From an uncultured delta proteobacterium (lineage in GTDB: Bacteria > Desulfobacterota > WTBG01 > CAIYCZ01 > CAIRTM01), in assembly GCA_903881505.1 (NCBI GenBank), contig CAIRTM010000102.1:8389-72388 (forward strand): 64,000 bases of DNA, written 5' to 3'. The notes beneath the pieces are model-generated. The model saw nothing but the letters and a program-made list of their open reading frames with translations. It ran no database searches and had not been told where the DNA came from. The position numbers and the translations under genes were made by a program. Shown here piece by piece: positions 37,200-46,940 of the stretch (the first letter of the stretch is position 1; each line of letters starts with the position of its first letter).

Positions 37200-38486
37200 A
37201 TGAAACTGCCAAGAAAAACATACCGCTACCCGGCACTTGCACTGTTTTGCATTCTTGTTTTTTTTGCCGTGCGGGCATGCTCTCCGGAGCCCTCGGCACC
37301 GTTTATCACCGCGAAAGTGACGCGGGGCGACCTCACGGCGGCCATCAGCGCCACCGGCACGGTCGAGCCCGAGGAGGTGATCGACGTGGGCGCGCAGGTC
37401 GCGGGCCGCATCGTCAGCTTCGGCAAAGATAAAAACGGCAAAACCGTCGACTACGGCTCCGAGGTCGAAACCGGGACCGTGCTTGCGCAGATCGACGATG
37501 CCCTGTACAGCGCCGAAGCCGAGCAGGCGCGCGCCGGCTATGCCCGCGCCAGGGCCGACCTGGAGCAGCTGAAGGCAAAGCTGTACCAGGCCGAGCGCGA
37601 CTGGGAACGGGCGCAAAAGCTCGGTCCCTCGGACGCCCTGTCGCAAACCGACTATGATGCGGCCAGGTCCGCCTGTGATGCTGCCAAAGCCGCCGTCGCT
37701 GTCGGCCAGGCCGCCATCGCTCAGGCCCAGGCCACGCTGCGCCGGGCCGAGCAGAACCTGGGCTACTGCACGATCAAATCGCCCGTCAAGGGGGTTATCA
37801 TCGACCGCCGGGTCAATATCGGCCAGACCGTGGTTTCGAGCCTGAATGCTCCGAGCCTGTTCCTGCTTGCCAAGGACTTGAAGCGCATGCAGGTCTGGGT
37901 GTCGGTGAATGAGGCCGATATCGGCAGCATTTACCCGGGCCAGCCCGTGAGCTTCAGCCTGGATACCTATCCCGGGGAAGTGTTTGCCGGCGAGGTCGGC
38001 AAGATCCGCCTGAACGCGACCATGACGCAGAACGTCGTGACCTACACCGTCGAGGTCATCACCGATAATTCCGACGGCAGGCTGCTGCCCTATCTGACGG
38101 CCAATGCGCAGTTCGAGCTGTCGCGCAGCACCGGCGTGCTGTGCGTGCCGAATACCGCGCTGCGCTGGTTCCCCAAAGCCGGTCAGGTCGAAGACCGCTA
38201 CCGGGACATCGTGGATGGCCGGCCGTCAGCAAACGGCGCCGGCCAGCACTCCGCCGCGCAGCAAAAACCGAAGACAAAGCCGGGCCTGCTCTGGACGCCG
38301 GACGGGAGCCGGGCAAAACCGCTGAAGGTGGCCATGGGGCCCAGCGACGGCACGCTTACGGAGGTGCAGGGCGAGGGCGTGAGCGAGGGCCTCGAGGTGA
38401 TCACCGGAGAAGCGCAGGGGGCCGCTGGAGGCGAAGCGCGCAGCCCGTTCGCGCCGCCGCCCCTGGGCGGCAGCCAGAAAAAGTAA
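37200..38486 (+). CDS. macA: MacA-type periplasmic adaptor (HlyD/RND MFP family)
   Basis: N-terminal anchor, a coiled-coil hairpin (AEAEQARAGYARARADLEQLKAKLYQAERDWERAQKL), then YCTIKSPVKGVIIDR and a beta-barrel domain. Confidence 0.85.
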   Translation: MKLPRKTYRYPALALFCILVFFAVRACSPEPSAPFITAKVTRGDLTAAISATGTVEPEEVIDVGAQVAGRIVSFGKDKNGKTVDYGSEVETGTVLAQIDDALYSAEAEQARAGYARARADLEQLKAKLYQAERDWERAQKLGPSDALSQTDYDAARSACDAAKAAVAVGQAAIAQAQATLRRAEQNLGYCTIKSPVKGVIIDRRVNIGQTVVSSLNAPSLFLLAKDLKRMQVWVSVNEADIGSIYPGQPVSFSLDTYPGEVFAGEVGKIRLNATMTQNVVTYTVEVITDNSDGRLLPYLTANAQFELSRSTGVLCVPNTALRWFPKAGQVEDRYRDIVDGRPSANGAGQHSAAQQKPKTKPGLLWTPDGSRAKPLKVAMGPSDGTLTEVQGEGVSEGLEVITGEAQGAAGGEARSPFAPPPLGGSQKK

Positions 38487-38543
38487 CGCCCGGGAGCGCG
38501 CGGAAATATTTTTTGATCCGCGCGGTTCCGCCTCGCGCACGAG

Positions 38544-39257
38544 ATGCAGACGATGAATGTCATCGAGCTTCACAATATCTGCAAGACCTACCACGTGGGG
38601 GAGCTTGACGTGCCGGTGCTCAAGGGCATTACGCTCGCTGTCGGCCGGGGCGAGCTGGTGGCGCTCACGGGAGCCTCGGGCTCCGGCAAAAGCACGCTGA
38701 TGAATATCCTGGGATGCCTTGACCGGCCATCGAGCGGCAGGTACGTGCTGGATGGACAGGATATTTCCGGTCTGTCGGCCGACGACCGGGCGCATGTGCG
38801 CAATAACAAGATCGGGTTCGTGTTCCAGAATTTCAACCTGCTGCCGCGCACCAGCGCCCTCGAGAACGTGATTTTGCCGCTCACCTATGCCGCCGAGCAC
38901 CTGACCGACCATCAGGCCACCGGCCGGGCGCTGCAGCTCATCGAGCGGGTGGGCCTTGCCGACCGGGCGCACCACGAACCCTCGCAGCTCTCCGGCGGCC
39001 AGCAGCAGCGCGTGGCAATAGCCCGGGCGCTGGTGAACCGGCCCTCGATACTGTTTGCCGACGAGCCCACGGGCAATCTTGATTCCCGCACCAGCCGGGA
39101 AGTGCTCTCCATGTTTGAGCAGCTCAACCGCGAAGAGGGCATCACGATTATCCTGGTGACCCATGACCAGGAGGTGGCCCGGCATGCCCGCCGCGCCATC
39201 CATATCAGCGACGGCGTGATCGTTGACGGCCAGTTCGGCCCGGGGGCCGCCCCATGA
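38544..39257 (+). CDS. MacB/LolD-type ABC transporter ATP-binding protein
   Basis: Walker A GASGSGKST, signature LSGGQQQRVAIARAL, Walker B ILFADEPTGNLD. Confidence 0.92.
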   Translation: MQTMNVIELHNICKTYHVGELDVPVLKGITLAVGRGELVALTGASGSGKSTLMNILGCLDRPSSGRYVLDGQDISGLSADDRAHVRNNKIGFVFQNFNLLPRTSALENVILPLTYAAEHLTDHQATGRALQLIERVGLADRAHHEPSQLSGGQQQRVAIARALVNRPSILFADEPTGNLDSRTSREVLSMFEQLNREEGITIILVTHDQEVARHARRAIHISDGVIVDGQFGPGAAP

Positions 39258-40648
39258 TACCGTTCCGGATCCTGCGCACCATCCGCACGGCCCTGAAGGC
39301 GCTCAGACGCAATCCCATGCGGGCCGCCCTGACCGCGCTGGGCATCATCATCGGCGTTGCCGCGGTGATTATCATGATGGAGATCGGCAAGGGCTCCTCG
39401 GCGGCGATCCAGCGCACCATTGCCAGCATGGGCGCAAACAATCTGCTGATCCAGCCGGGCACGGCCGCAAGCGGCGGGGTGAGCTTTGGATCGGGATCGG
39501 TCATGACCCTGACGCCCGACGACGCCGAGGCCGTGCGCAGGGAATGCCCGGCCGTGCGCGCGGTGGCCCCCATGGTGCGGGCCCGCACGCAGGTCATTTA
39601 CGGCAACCGCAACTGGGTTCCTTTTTTCATCTTCGGCACCACGCCCGATTACCTCGAGGTGCGCGAGTGGACCTCCCTGGCCGCGGGCGAGATGTTCACC
39701 GACAGCGACATACGCAATGCCAGCAAGGTGTGCGTGCTCGGACAGACGCTGGTCCGCGAGCTGTTCGCCGGCGCCTCGCCCATGGGCAAGGAGGTGCGGG
39801 TGCAGAACGTGTCGTTCAGGGTCATCGGGGTCCTGACCATGAAGGGCGCCAACATGATGGGCATGGACCAGGATGATATCCTGCTTGCGCCGTGGACCAC
39901 GGTCAAGTACCGCGTGACCGGCACCTCGGCGCAGACCGCCAACCAGAGCACCAGCAGCGCATCGGGGCAGTCCTCCGGCGTGTCGCAGTCCGTGAATTCC
40001 CTGAGCAAGCTGTATCCGGGCCAGCCAAGCCTCTACCCCGTGCCCTCGGCCTCGCAGCAGGCCAATACGCCGCTGCCGGTCCGCTTCACCAATGTCGACC
40101 AGATCCTTACGGCTGCGCGGTCCGGTGCCGAGATACCCCTTGCCTTGCGCCAGATCACACAGGTCCTGCGCGAGCGCCACCGCCTGCGGCCGGGAGAGCC
40201 CGATGATTTCAATATCCGCGACATGACCGAAATGAGCACGACCATGTCCTCGGCTTCCAAGCTCATGGCCAACCTGCTGCTTTCCGTGGCGCTGATCTCG
40301 CTTGTCGTGGGCGGCGTCGGGATCATGAACATCATGCTCGTCTCTGTCACGGAGCGCACGCGCGAGATCGGCCTGCGCATGGCCGTTGGCGCGCGCGGGC
40401 GCGATATCCTGCGCCAGTTCCTGATCGAGGCGGTGGTCATGTGCCTGGCCGGTGGCGCAATCGGCATCGTGCTCGGGCAGGGTGTTTCAAAACTGATAAC
40501 CTTCCTGCTGCGCTGGCCAACGGAAACATCCATCGCCGCGATCGTCTCTTCGGTCGTGGTGTCGGCCGGCGTGGGCATCATCTTCGGCTTCTACCCGGCC
40601 TGGAAGGCCGCCCGTCTGGACCCGATCGAGGCGCTGCGCTATGAATAG
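39254..40648 (+). CDS. MacB-type ABC transporter permease (MacB_PCD + FtsX domain)
   Basis: The first TM is followed by a large periplasmic domain. C-terminal FtsX block: GGVGIMNIMLVSVTERTREIGLRMAVGA. ATGA overlap with the ATPase gene. Confidence 0.88.
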   Translation: MIPFRILRTIRTALKALRRNPMRAALTALGIIIGVAAVIIMMEIGKGSSAAIQRTIASMGANNLLIQPGTAASGGVSFGSGSVMTLTPDDAEAVRRECPAVRAVAPMVRARTQVIYGNRNWVPFFIFGTTPDYLEVREWTSLAAGEMFTDSDIRNASKVCVLGQTLVRELFAGASPMGKEVRVQNVSFRVIGVLTMKGANMMGMDQDDILLAPWTTVKYRVTGTSAQTANQSTSSASGQSSGVSQSVNSLSKLYPGQPSLYPVPSASQQANTPLPVRFTNVDQILTAARSGAEIPLALRQITQVLRERHRLRPGEPDDFNIRDMTEMSTTMSSASKLMANLLLSVALISLVVGGVGIMNIMLVSVTERTREIGLRMAVGARGRDILRQFLIEAVVMCLAGGAIGIVLGQGVSKLITFLLRWPTETSIAAIVSSVVVSAGVGIIFGFYPAWKAARLDPIEALRYE

Positions 40649-42083
40649 AAAAACTCCACTGCGCTGTCTGTTCCCGCTTGCAGCGGCCGCATTCGTGCTC
40701 GGCGGCTGCGCCGTCGGCCCTGACTTCAAGGCCCCGGACCGGAGCATGCCCGATGCCTGGCAGGGCATTGACAATGCCACGGCTCTCCAGCCCAGCGCGG
40801 CTGTGGCGCGGAGGGCCGACTATATCGGCTGGTGGAAGATGTTTAACGATCCGGTGCTCACCCGCCTGGTCGAGCAGGCCCTTGAGGCTAACCTTGACCT
40901 GAAGATCGCCGAGTCGCGCGTGCGGCAGGCCCGTGCGGCCCGCACCATCGCGGGCGCGGGCCTGTGGCCGCAGGCTGACGCCTCTGCCTCCTATACCCGC
41001 AGCCATCCTGACCATGGCTCCGCAGCAGGAGCCGCAGGCTCGTCCTACGGGGAGCGCTTCGATCTTTACCAGGCGGGCCTTGATGCGACCTGGGAGATTG
41101 ACATCTTCGGCGGTACGCGCCGCAGCGTTGAGGCCGCCACGGCCGACCTGCAGGCGGCCGAGGAGGACCGCCGCGACGTGATGGTGACGCTTGCCGGCGA
41201 GGTCGGCACCACCTACCTCGGCCTGCGCGGCTACCAGCAGCAGATCGAAATCGCCAGGCGGAACCTTGCCGCCCAGGAGCACACTGCGGAGATCACGCGC
41301 AAGCGCTACGAGGCGGGCCTGGCAAACGGCCTTGACACCTCCAATGCCTGGGGCCAGGCCGCGGCCACCAGGGCGCAGATCCCCGTCCTTGAAACCGCGG
41401 CACAGCAGGCCATCTACAGCCTTTCGGTCCTGCTGGCGCGTGAGCCCGCGGCGCTTGTGGAGGAACTTTCCCCGGTCGGCCAGATTCCGGCCGAGCCTGA
41501 AGAAATTCCCGTCGGCCTGCCCTCGGACCTGGTGCGCCGCAGGCCCGATATAAGGCGCGCCGAGGCCCAGCTGCACGCGGCCACGGCCACTATCGGGGTC
41601 GCCACCGCCGATCTGTTCCCGAAATTCCTGCTCACCGGCTCCTATGGCGAGCGCGGCGATGAGTGGCAGACGCTCGGCGACAGCCGCAATCATTTCTGGT
41701 CGTTCGGGCCGTCGGTTTCATGGCCCGTTTTCGCCGCTGGCCGGATCACGGCAAACATCAAGGTGCAGAACGAACTGCAGAAGCAGGCCCTGGCCGCCTA
41801 TGATAAAACCGTGCTCACGGCCCTGCAGGACGTCGAGAGCGCGCTTACGGCCTATTCCAAGGAGCAGCAGCACCACGCGGCGCTCACTGAGGCCGTGGCC
41901 AACGGCCGCAAGGCCGTCGACATCGCAACGCGCCTCTACCGTGCCGGCCGCTCCGACTTTCTCAACGTGCTGGTCTCGCAGCGGGCCCTGCTCGCCTACG
42001 AGGACGCCTGGGTGCAAAGCAGCCGCAAACTGGCAACCGACCTTGTCGCCCTGTACAAGGCCCTTGGCGGCGGATGGGAGTAG
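40641..42083 (+). CDS. NodT/OprM-family outer-membrane efflux lipoprotein
   Basis: Lipobox FVLGGC, two OEP repeats, and the typical C-terminal LYKALGGGW. Overlaps the permease stop by 8 nt. Confidence 0.9.
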   Translation: MNRKTPLRCLFPLAAAAFVLGGCAVGPDFKAPDRSMPDAWQGIDNATALQPSAAVARRADYIGWWKMFNDPVLTRLVEQALEANLDLKIAESRVRQARAARTIAGAGLWPQADASASYTRSHPDHGSAAGAAGSSYGERFDLYQAGLDATWEIDIFGGTRRSVEAATADLQAAEEDRRDVMVTLAGEVGTTYLGLRGYQQQIEIARRNLAAQEHTAEITRKRYEAGLANGLDTSNAWGQAAATRAQIPVLETAAQQAIYSLSVLLAREPAALVEELSPVGQIPAEPEEIPVGLPSDLVRRRPDIRRAEAQLHAATATIGVATADLFPKFLLTGSYGERGDEWQTLGDSRNHFWSFGPSVSWPVFAAGRITANIKVQNELQKQALAAYDKTVLTALQDVESALTAYSKEQQHHAALTEAVANGRKAVDIATRLYRAGRSDFLNVLVSQRALLAYEDAWVQSSRKLATDLVALYKALGGGWE

Positions 42084-42116
42084 CGCGCAGCCGCCTGCTG
42101 TATATGGAGTCCAAGC

Positions 42117-42833
42117 ATGTTTGCCGGAAAACTTTCGCTGCGTACGATCAGGCCGGAAGCATCAAACGCGTTTACCTTCGTGTTTGATAAGCCCCGGGCC
42201 GCATGGCTGCCCGGCCAGCATTTCATGTTTTTCAGGATGCACATGCCCTGTGATCTCAGGGGCGTGAGCAGGGTTTTCACCGTTTCCTCCGCCCCGGAGG
42301 AAGACTGCTTCTCGTTTACCACGCGGTATTTCGGCGACCGGTCAAGCTCATTCAAGAAAAACCTGTTTCGCATGCGCCCAGGGGACACACTGTGGGCCTT
42401 CGGCCCCTCGCCGCTCTATGACAGCTTCCGGGCTCTTGACACAACACGGCAGTATGTTTTTCTCGCGGGAGGGCTGGGCATAACCCCGGTCAGGGCGAGC
42501 CTGCGGCACCACGCGGCGGCATCCAATGCTTTGCATGCGGCGCTGCTGTATGCCAACCGGGATGAAGAGGTGATTTTTAAGGATGAACTGACCGTGCTGC
42601 GTACCGCATTGCCTGCATTTTCTGTTGCGTATATAACGAGCCCCGAACACATCAATGCCGCAACGGTTTCAGGGGCCTCACAGAACTACAGCGCCCCGGT
42701 TTTTATCGCTTCCGGGTCGCGCAGGTTCGTCGGGGGCATGGTCGCTATCCTGCGCGGCGAACTGGGGGTTCCGAAAAAAAACATTATCGCAGATGTATTC
42801 AGGGCCATACCGCTGAGCGGCGGCGGGCTGTAG
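42117..42833 (+). CDS. ferredoxin-NADP reductase-like FAD/NAD(P)-binding oxidoreductase
   Basis: RVFTVSS (the RxYS-type FAD motif) and FLAGGLGITP (NAD-binding) blocks. No iron-sulfur or heme domain attached. Confidence 0.65.
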   Translation: MFAGKLSLRTIRPEASNAFTFVFDKPRAAWLPGQHFMFFRMHMPCDLRGVSRVFTVSSAPEEDCFSFTTRYFGDRSSSFKKNLFRMRPGDTLWAFGPSPLYDSFRALDTTRQYVFLAGGLGITPVRASLRHHAAASNALHAALLYANRDEEVIFKDELTVLRTALPAFSVAYITSPEHINAATVSGASQNYSAPVFIASGSRRFVGGMVAILRGELGVPKKNIIADVFRAIPLSGGGL

Positions 42834-42901
42834 CGGCCTGCCGCACATTCATGCAGGGTCTGTACGGGAAGTCTTTTTCAGCACGCTGCCGGATCCCGGC
42901 G

Positions 42902-43228
42902 TTATGGCGTACTCTTGCCGGCTGCGGCCGCAAGGCTGTTGTAGGATTTGCGCAGGCGTGCGACCAGTTCAGCAACCCCGCCAAGCTCCCCGCGCCTGAG
43001 CCTGTCATCAATGATTCTGGTCTGCTCATAAATTTCATTCAGCCCGAGGCTTCCGGCCGAGCCCTTCAGGGAGTGTGAAGCCTCATGAGCGCGGCCGGCA
43101 TCATTGGCGGCAACGGCCGCTTCGATTTTTTTCAGGTCGGAGCCGCCGGACTCAAAAAAAAGATCCAGCATGCCCATATATTCGTCTTCATCAAGGCCCA
43201 GGCTTTCGGCCAGTTCTTTCAGGTTCAT
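42902..43228 (-). CDS. stand-alone Hpt phosphotransfer protein
   Basis: 108 aa. Canonical HSLKGSAGSLGL histidine motif in a four-helix-bundle-sized protein. Confidence 0.8.
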   Translation of the reverse strand: MNLKELAESLGLDEDEYMGMLDLFFESGGSDLKKIEAAVAANDAGRAHEASHSLKGSAGSLGLNEIYEQTRIIDDRLRRGELGGVAELVARLRKSYNSLAAAAGKSTP

Positions 43229-43285
43229 GCGTGCTATCCTGTAAAAAGAGCTCAGAGTTGCTGCGGGTCATTGCCGGAATTGCGT

Positions 43286-44392
43286 TTATGTACCGCCGGG
43301 CCGGGATGAGCGCTCGATATCGATTATTTTCATGTTATCACCGAAATCCTTGGTTTTATAGGTGGCGATCCCGCTGAACTGCCGTGTAAGCCGTCCCAGC
43401 CGATCAATTTGATCATATATGATTCGCGCCCGGCGTTCAAGGGTTTCATTGCCTGCACACTGCCGCAGCAGCAGTTGCGCATGGCCGGAAATGACGGTCA
43501 GGGGCTGATTGAGTTCATGCGCGGCCGCGCTGGCCATTTCTATGACACCGGTCAGCCGTTCCCGCAGGCAGCGCTCCTGGTCGAGCAGTTTTTTTTCTGT
43601 TATATCGTTTACCACAACCGTTGCGCCGATAATCTCGCCATCCCGGACTACATTGCGGAACGACAGAAACAGTTCGCGCTCCCGCATGCGCACATTTAAA
43701 TCGGCCGTCCGGCTGTGCGCCGTGTGCATGATGCGGCCGAGGGCTTCGTTGATACCGGCGGCATGGTCTTCTGAAAATTCCCCCGAGAAATCGCGGCCGA
43801 TCAGTTCCCACTCCTGCCGGTCCAGCAGCAGACGCGCCGAGTCATTGACATATGTTATAACGCCGCAGGTGTCCAGTTCAAAAACCGCTTCGGTCATGCT
43901 GCTTAAAATAGACTCGAAATGCCGCTGGGAAAACAGGAGTTCCTCGACCACTGAGCGGACATGTACCCCTTCTGCGAACAGCAGCATATTTTCCTGCGGT
44001 TCGTTATTGAGCGCTTCAAGAGCGCTGAGGATGTTTTTACGCATGATATCATAGGGTGCTTTTGCAATGCACGCAAACGGCTTAAGTTCGGCGATTTTCT
44101 GGCGGCCCTCAAGCGCCGCTCCGCTGACAATAAACACCCTGGTGTGAGCGTGCCGTGGTGACTGGGTAATGTAGCGGCAGATACGGTCTCCGCCGACGCG
44201 CGGCATGATAAGATCGAGAAAAACAAGGTCAAAGCTGGTGTCGGACAGGATCCGCAGAGCCTCAAGTCCGCCGTATGCACAGGTAATAGCATAGCTTTTT
44301 TCTGTAAGAATGCTGGAAAGAACTTTTACCGACAGTTTATCGTTATCCACCACCAGGGCGCTGAGGGGTCTTTGTGGAGAGGTTTTTTGCAT
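43286..44392 (-). CDS. REC-PAS-DHp (HisKA) protein lacking a catalytic ATPase domain
   Basis: REC: VVDND ... LVFLDLIMP ... IVSG ... IAKAP. PAS: ILSSMTEAVFELD...NDITEKK. H-box: AAHELNQPLTVISGHAQLL. The protein ends ~60 aa later with no N/G1/F/G2 boxes. Confidence 0.75.
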   Translation of the reverse strand: MQKTSPQRPLSALVVDNDKLSVKVLSSILTEKSYAITCAYGGLEALRILSDTSFDLVFLDLIMPRVGGDRICRYITQSPRHAHTRVFIVSGAALEGRQKIAELKPFACIAKAPYDIMRKNILSALEALNNEPQENMLLFAEGVHVRSVVEELLFSQRHFESILSSMTEAVFELDTCGVITYVNDSARLLLDRQEWELIGRDFSGEFSEDHAAGINEALGRIMHTAHSRTADLNVRMRERELFLSFRNVVRDGEIIGATVVVNDITEKKLLDQERCLRERLTGVIEMASAAAHELNQPLTVISGHAQLLLRQCAGNETLERRARIIYDQIDRLGRLTRQFSGIATYKTKDFGDNMKIIDIERSSRPGGT

Positions 44393-44610
44393 GCTGTTGA
44401 TCCGCGCTCGCAGTATGTGATGATTGGCTGTTATGGGTTGACCGCCATAGCGGCCGCGGCGTCAACAGATTCGTTGGCTTGCGCGCGCCGATATGATACA
44501 ACCATCGGAACCGGCAGCCCGACTGTTGAGGGGTTTTTTCCATAGCGCAACAGTTTCGGGGCGGCCGGAGGCACAGGCACGGATATCTTCGGCAGAAAGT
44601 GTTGTCCGGC

Positions 44611-46002
44611 ATGAGTAACTCTTTACCAACGCGTCCGAAACACGGCCATTATTATTTTTCCGGGATCGGCGGCAGCGGCATGAGCGCCCTTGCCCAGATC
44701 CTGCGCGCCCGGGGCCACCGGGTGAGCGGTTCCGACCGGACCCATGACAGCGGCGGCAACCGGGCGGTGTTCAAAAAGCTGGAGAAGCAGGCGATTGTGC
44801 TCCTGCCTCAGGAGGGTGCCTCGGTTTCCGCGGATGTTGATTTTCTCGTTGTTTCCAGCGCGATTGAATCTTCAAGCCCGGAGCGCGCCCAGGCGCTCAG
44901 GCTCGCCATACCGGTCATGCACCGGGCCCGGCTGCTGGCCGAACTGTTCAACCCGGCCGAGGGCATCGGGATAGCGGGCACCAGCGGCAAAAGCACCGTG
45001 TGCGGCATGGTCGCATCAATTTTTGATGCCGACCGCCGTCAGGCAACCGTAATAAACGGCGGCATAATTAATCAGTATGTTTCCGCAACCATGCTCGGCA
45101 ATGCGCGCCACGGCGAAGGAGCCGAGTGCCTGGCTGAGCTGGATGAAAGCGACGGAAGCATCAGCAGGTTTTTCCCCGCCGCCGGCCTGCTTACCAATAT
45201 TTCAAAGGACCATAAGCCCTTGAGCGAACTGCGCGAGCTGTTTCAGGGCTTCATTGACCAGACCCGCGGTCCCGTGGTTCTCAATGCCGACTGCCCGGAG
45301 AGCGCGCGGCTTTCAGCTCCCGGTGCCGTCACGTTCGGCATCGGACATGCGGCCGACTACCGCGCCGCCGGCATAACCGCCGGTCCGCGGGGCATGCGCT
45401 TCACGGTAGATGGCGCGCCCTATGCGATCAGGCAGCCCGGCCGCCATAATGTTGCCAACGCCCTGGCTGCAATCGCGCTGTGCGCTGCTTTGGGCGTGCC
45501 GGTCAAGGCGCGGCAGCTCGGGCTGCGGCGGTTCACGGGCATACAGCGCCGCCTGTCCCTGATCGGCACGGTCGGCTCAATTTCAGTCTGGGATGACTTT
45601 GCCCACAACCCGGAAAAGCTGCGCGCTTCACTGCGGGCCATCAGGTTGCTGTCAAAGCGCATGCTGGTCGTATTTCAGCCGCATGGGTACGGGCCAACGC
45701 GTTTCATGCTGGAAGAGCTTGCACGGGCCTTTAGCGAAGAAATGCGCAGCCGGGATATTTTGATAGGCCTTCCGATTTTCGACGCCGGCGGCACGGCCGA
45801 CCGCAGCATTGCAACGGAAGATCTTCTGCGGAAGGTCCGGGGCCCGCGCTGCCTGGCAGCCGGAGACCGTACCGGGGCCCTGGCCGCTATCATCTCGCGT
45901 GCATGTTCCGGTGACGGTATCGCCGTGATGGGCGCCCGGGACGACACCCTGAGCGCATTTGCCCGCCGCATACTACAGGCGCTGCGCCGGCGCGCTAAAT
46001 AA
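44611..46002 (+). CDS. MurC-like Mur ligase family protein (UDP-N-acetylmuramate-amino acid ligase paralogue)
   Basis: YFSGIGGSGMSALAQIL, IAGTSGKST (P-loop), ELDESDGS, NISKDH, PGRHNVANALAA and DDFAHNPEKL are colinear with MurC. ATG 44611 is preferred over GTG 44599. Confidence 0.7.
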   Translation: MSNSLPTRPKHGHYYFSGIGGSGMSALAQILRARGHRVSGSDRTHDSGGNRAVFKKLEKQAIVLLPQEGASVSADVDFLVVSSAIESSSPERAQALRLAIPVMHRARLLAELFNPAEGIGIAGTSGKSTVCGMVASIFDADRRQATVINGGIINQYVSATMLGNARHGEGAECLAELDESDGSISRFFPAAGLLTNISKDHKPLSELRELFQGFIDQTRGPVVLNADCPESARLSAPGAVTFGIGHAADYRAAGITAGPRGMRFTVDGAPYAIRQPGRHNVANALAAIALCAALGVPVKARQLGLRRFTGIQRRLSLIGTVGSISVWDDFAHNPEKLRASLRAIRLLSKRMLVVFQPHGYGPTRFMLEELARAFSEEMRSRDILIGLPIFDAGGTADRSIATEDLLRKVRGPRCLAAGDRTGALAAIISRACSGDGIAVMGARDDTLSAFARRILQALRRRAK

Positions 46003-46804
46003 TACGCTTGAAAATACAGTCCCTGAATCCCTCGAGATAATAGGGCAGCAGTGTGCGCAGGCTGGTATCTCCCTCACAGCGGTCGTAGCGCGCATGCAGC
46101 TCCTCGAGCAGCTCGTCGGCCTGCGGTTCAAGGGTGCACAGGCAGGTGAGCGCTTCGTGGTAATAAATGGTATCGGGATCACACAGCAGCGGGTCAGAAA
46201 AACTGACATACGACCGGCAGCTCATGGGCCGGACCGCGTAGACAGTGCACGCGCCGCGCTCGTCCAGCAGCGCGCAGGGGCGCCGCAGCTGGTAAAATCC
46301 CTCCAGCAGTAAATCATCGCGGTCCAGCTCACGCAGCGTATCCGGGCGTGCGTCTTTCAGCACCCGTTCATCGAGCATATCGTCGAGCGTCTGCAGCAGG
46401 CGTGCGTCTTCGCGCAGCGCGGCGCACATCGCGGGAATGTTCTGAGGCAGGTGGTTTTGAATATACTCGCCGATCATAGCCGCTTCGAACGAGTAGACAT
46501 CGGCTACCCAGTGAAAACAGCACAGCGGGCAGTTTTTCCCGCAGGTGACACGGTAATCCGAGGAGGCTATAATTTCCCGCTGATAGGCGGCAAAGAGTTC
46601 CAAAATTGTGCTATATCCGGCCTTGAATACCGGATCGAGCGCCGAGGCCGCGTTTCGGGAAAGCAGATTTTTGAGCTGTATGATAATTTTCCCGTGCAGG
46701 GCCCGGGCCTTTTTATTCGGCGGCGGCAGCGGGGGCTCGTCGTGGACAGGGGCCGCACCGGCAGGGGCGCATTTTGTCTGCATAAAGAAGATATCCTTTG
46801 GCAT
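45995..46804 (-). CDS. YkgJ-family (CxxCxxCC) cysteine-cluster protein
   Basis: TCGKNCPLCCFHW plus the distal C...CTVYAVRPMSCRSY, as in the zinc/iron-chelating YkgJ/UPF0153 family. Confidence 0.6.
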   Translation of the reverse strand: MPKDIFFMQTKCAPAGAAPVHDEPPLPPPNKKARALHGKIIIQLKNLLSRNAASALDPVFKAGYSTILELFAAYQREIIASSDYRVTCGKNCPLCCFHWVADVYSFEAAMIGEYIQNHLPQNIPAMCAALREDARLLQTLDDMLDERVLKDARPDTLRELDRDDLLLEGFYQLRRPCALLDERGACTVYAVRPMSCRSYVSFSDPLLCDPDTIYYHEALTCLCTLEPQADELLEELHARYDRCEGDTSLRTLLPYYLEGFRDCIFKRII

Positions 46805-46940
46805 TGCGCTTATGAGGCCGCAATGATACAGGTATCGTGGAAAATTTACAAGGGCCGCCGTAAGCAGCCGCTTTACGGATCGTGCGGCGCCTGTTACAAT
46901 AGGACTTTTTCATTAATCTTACGCAGCACGGAGATATGTC

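Noticed and set aside
38226-41693. Very long minus-strand ORFs (325, 422 and 371 aa) opposite the MacB ATPase, permease and OMF genes. Similar ones occur at 31385-32176, 34534-35145, 52821-53993 and 20506-20997.
   Set aside because: They lie antisense to genes with unambiguous family signatures. They are Arg/Gly/Ala/Pro-rich with no recognisable motifs, which is the expected stop-codon-poor shadow of GC-rich coding DNA.
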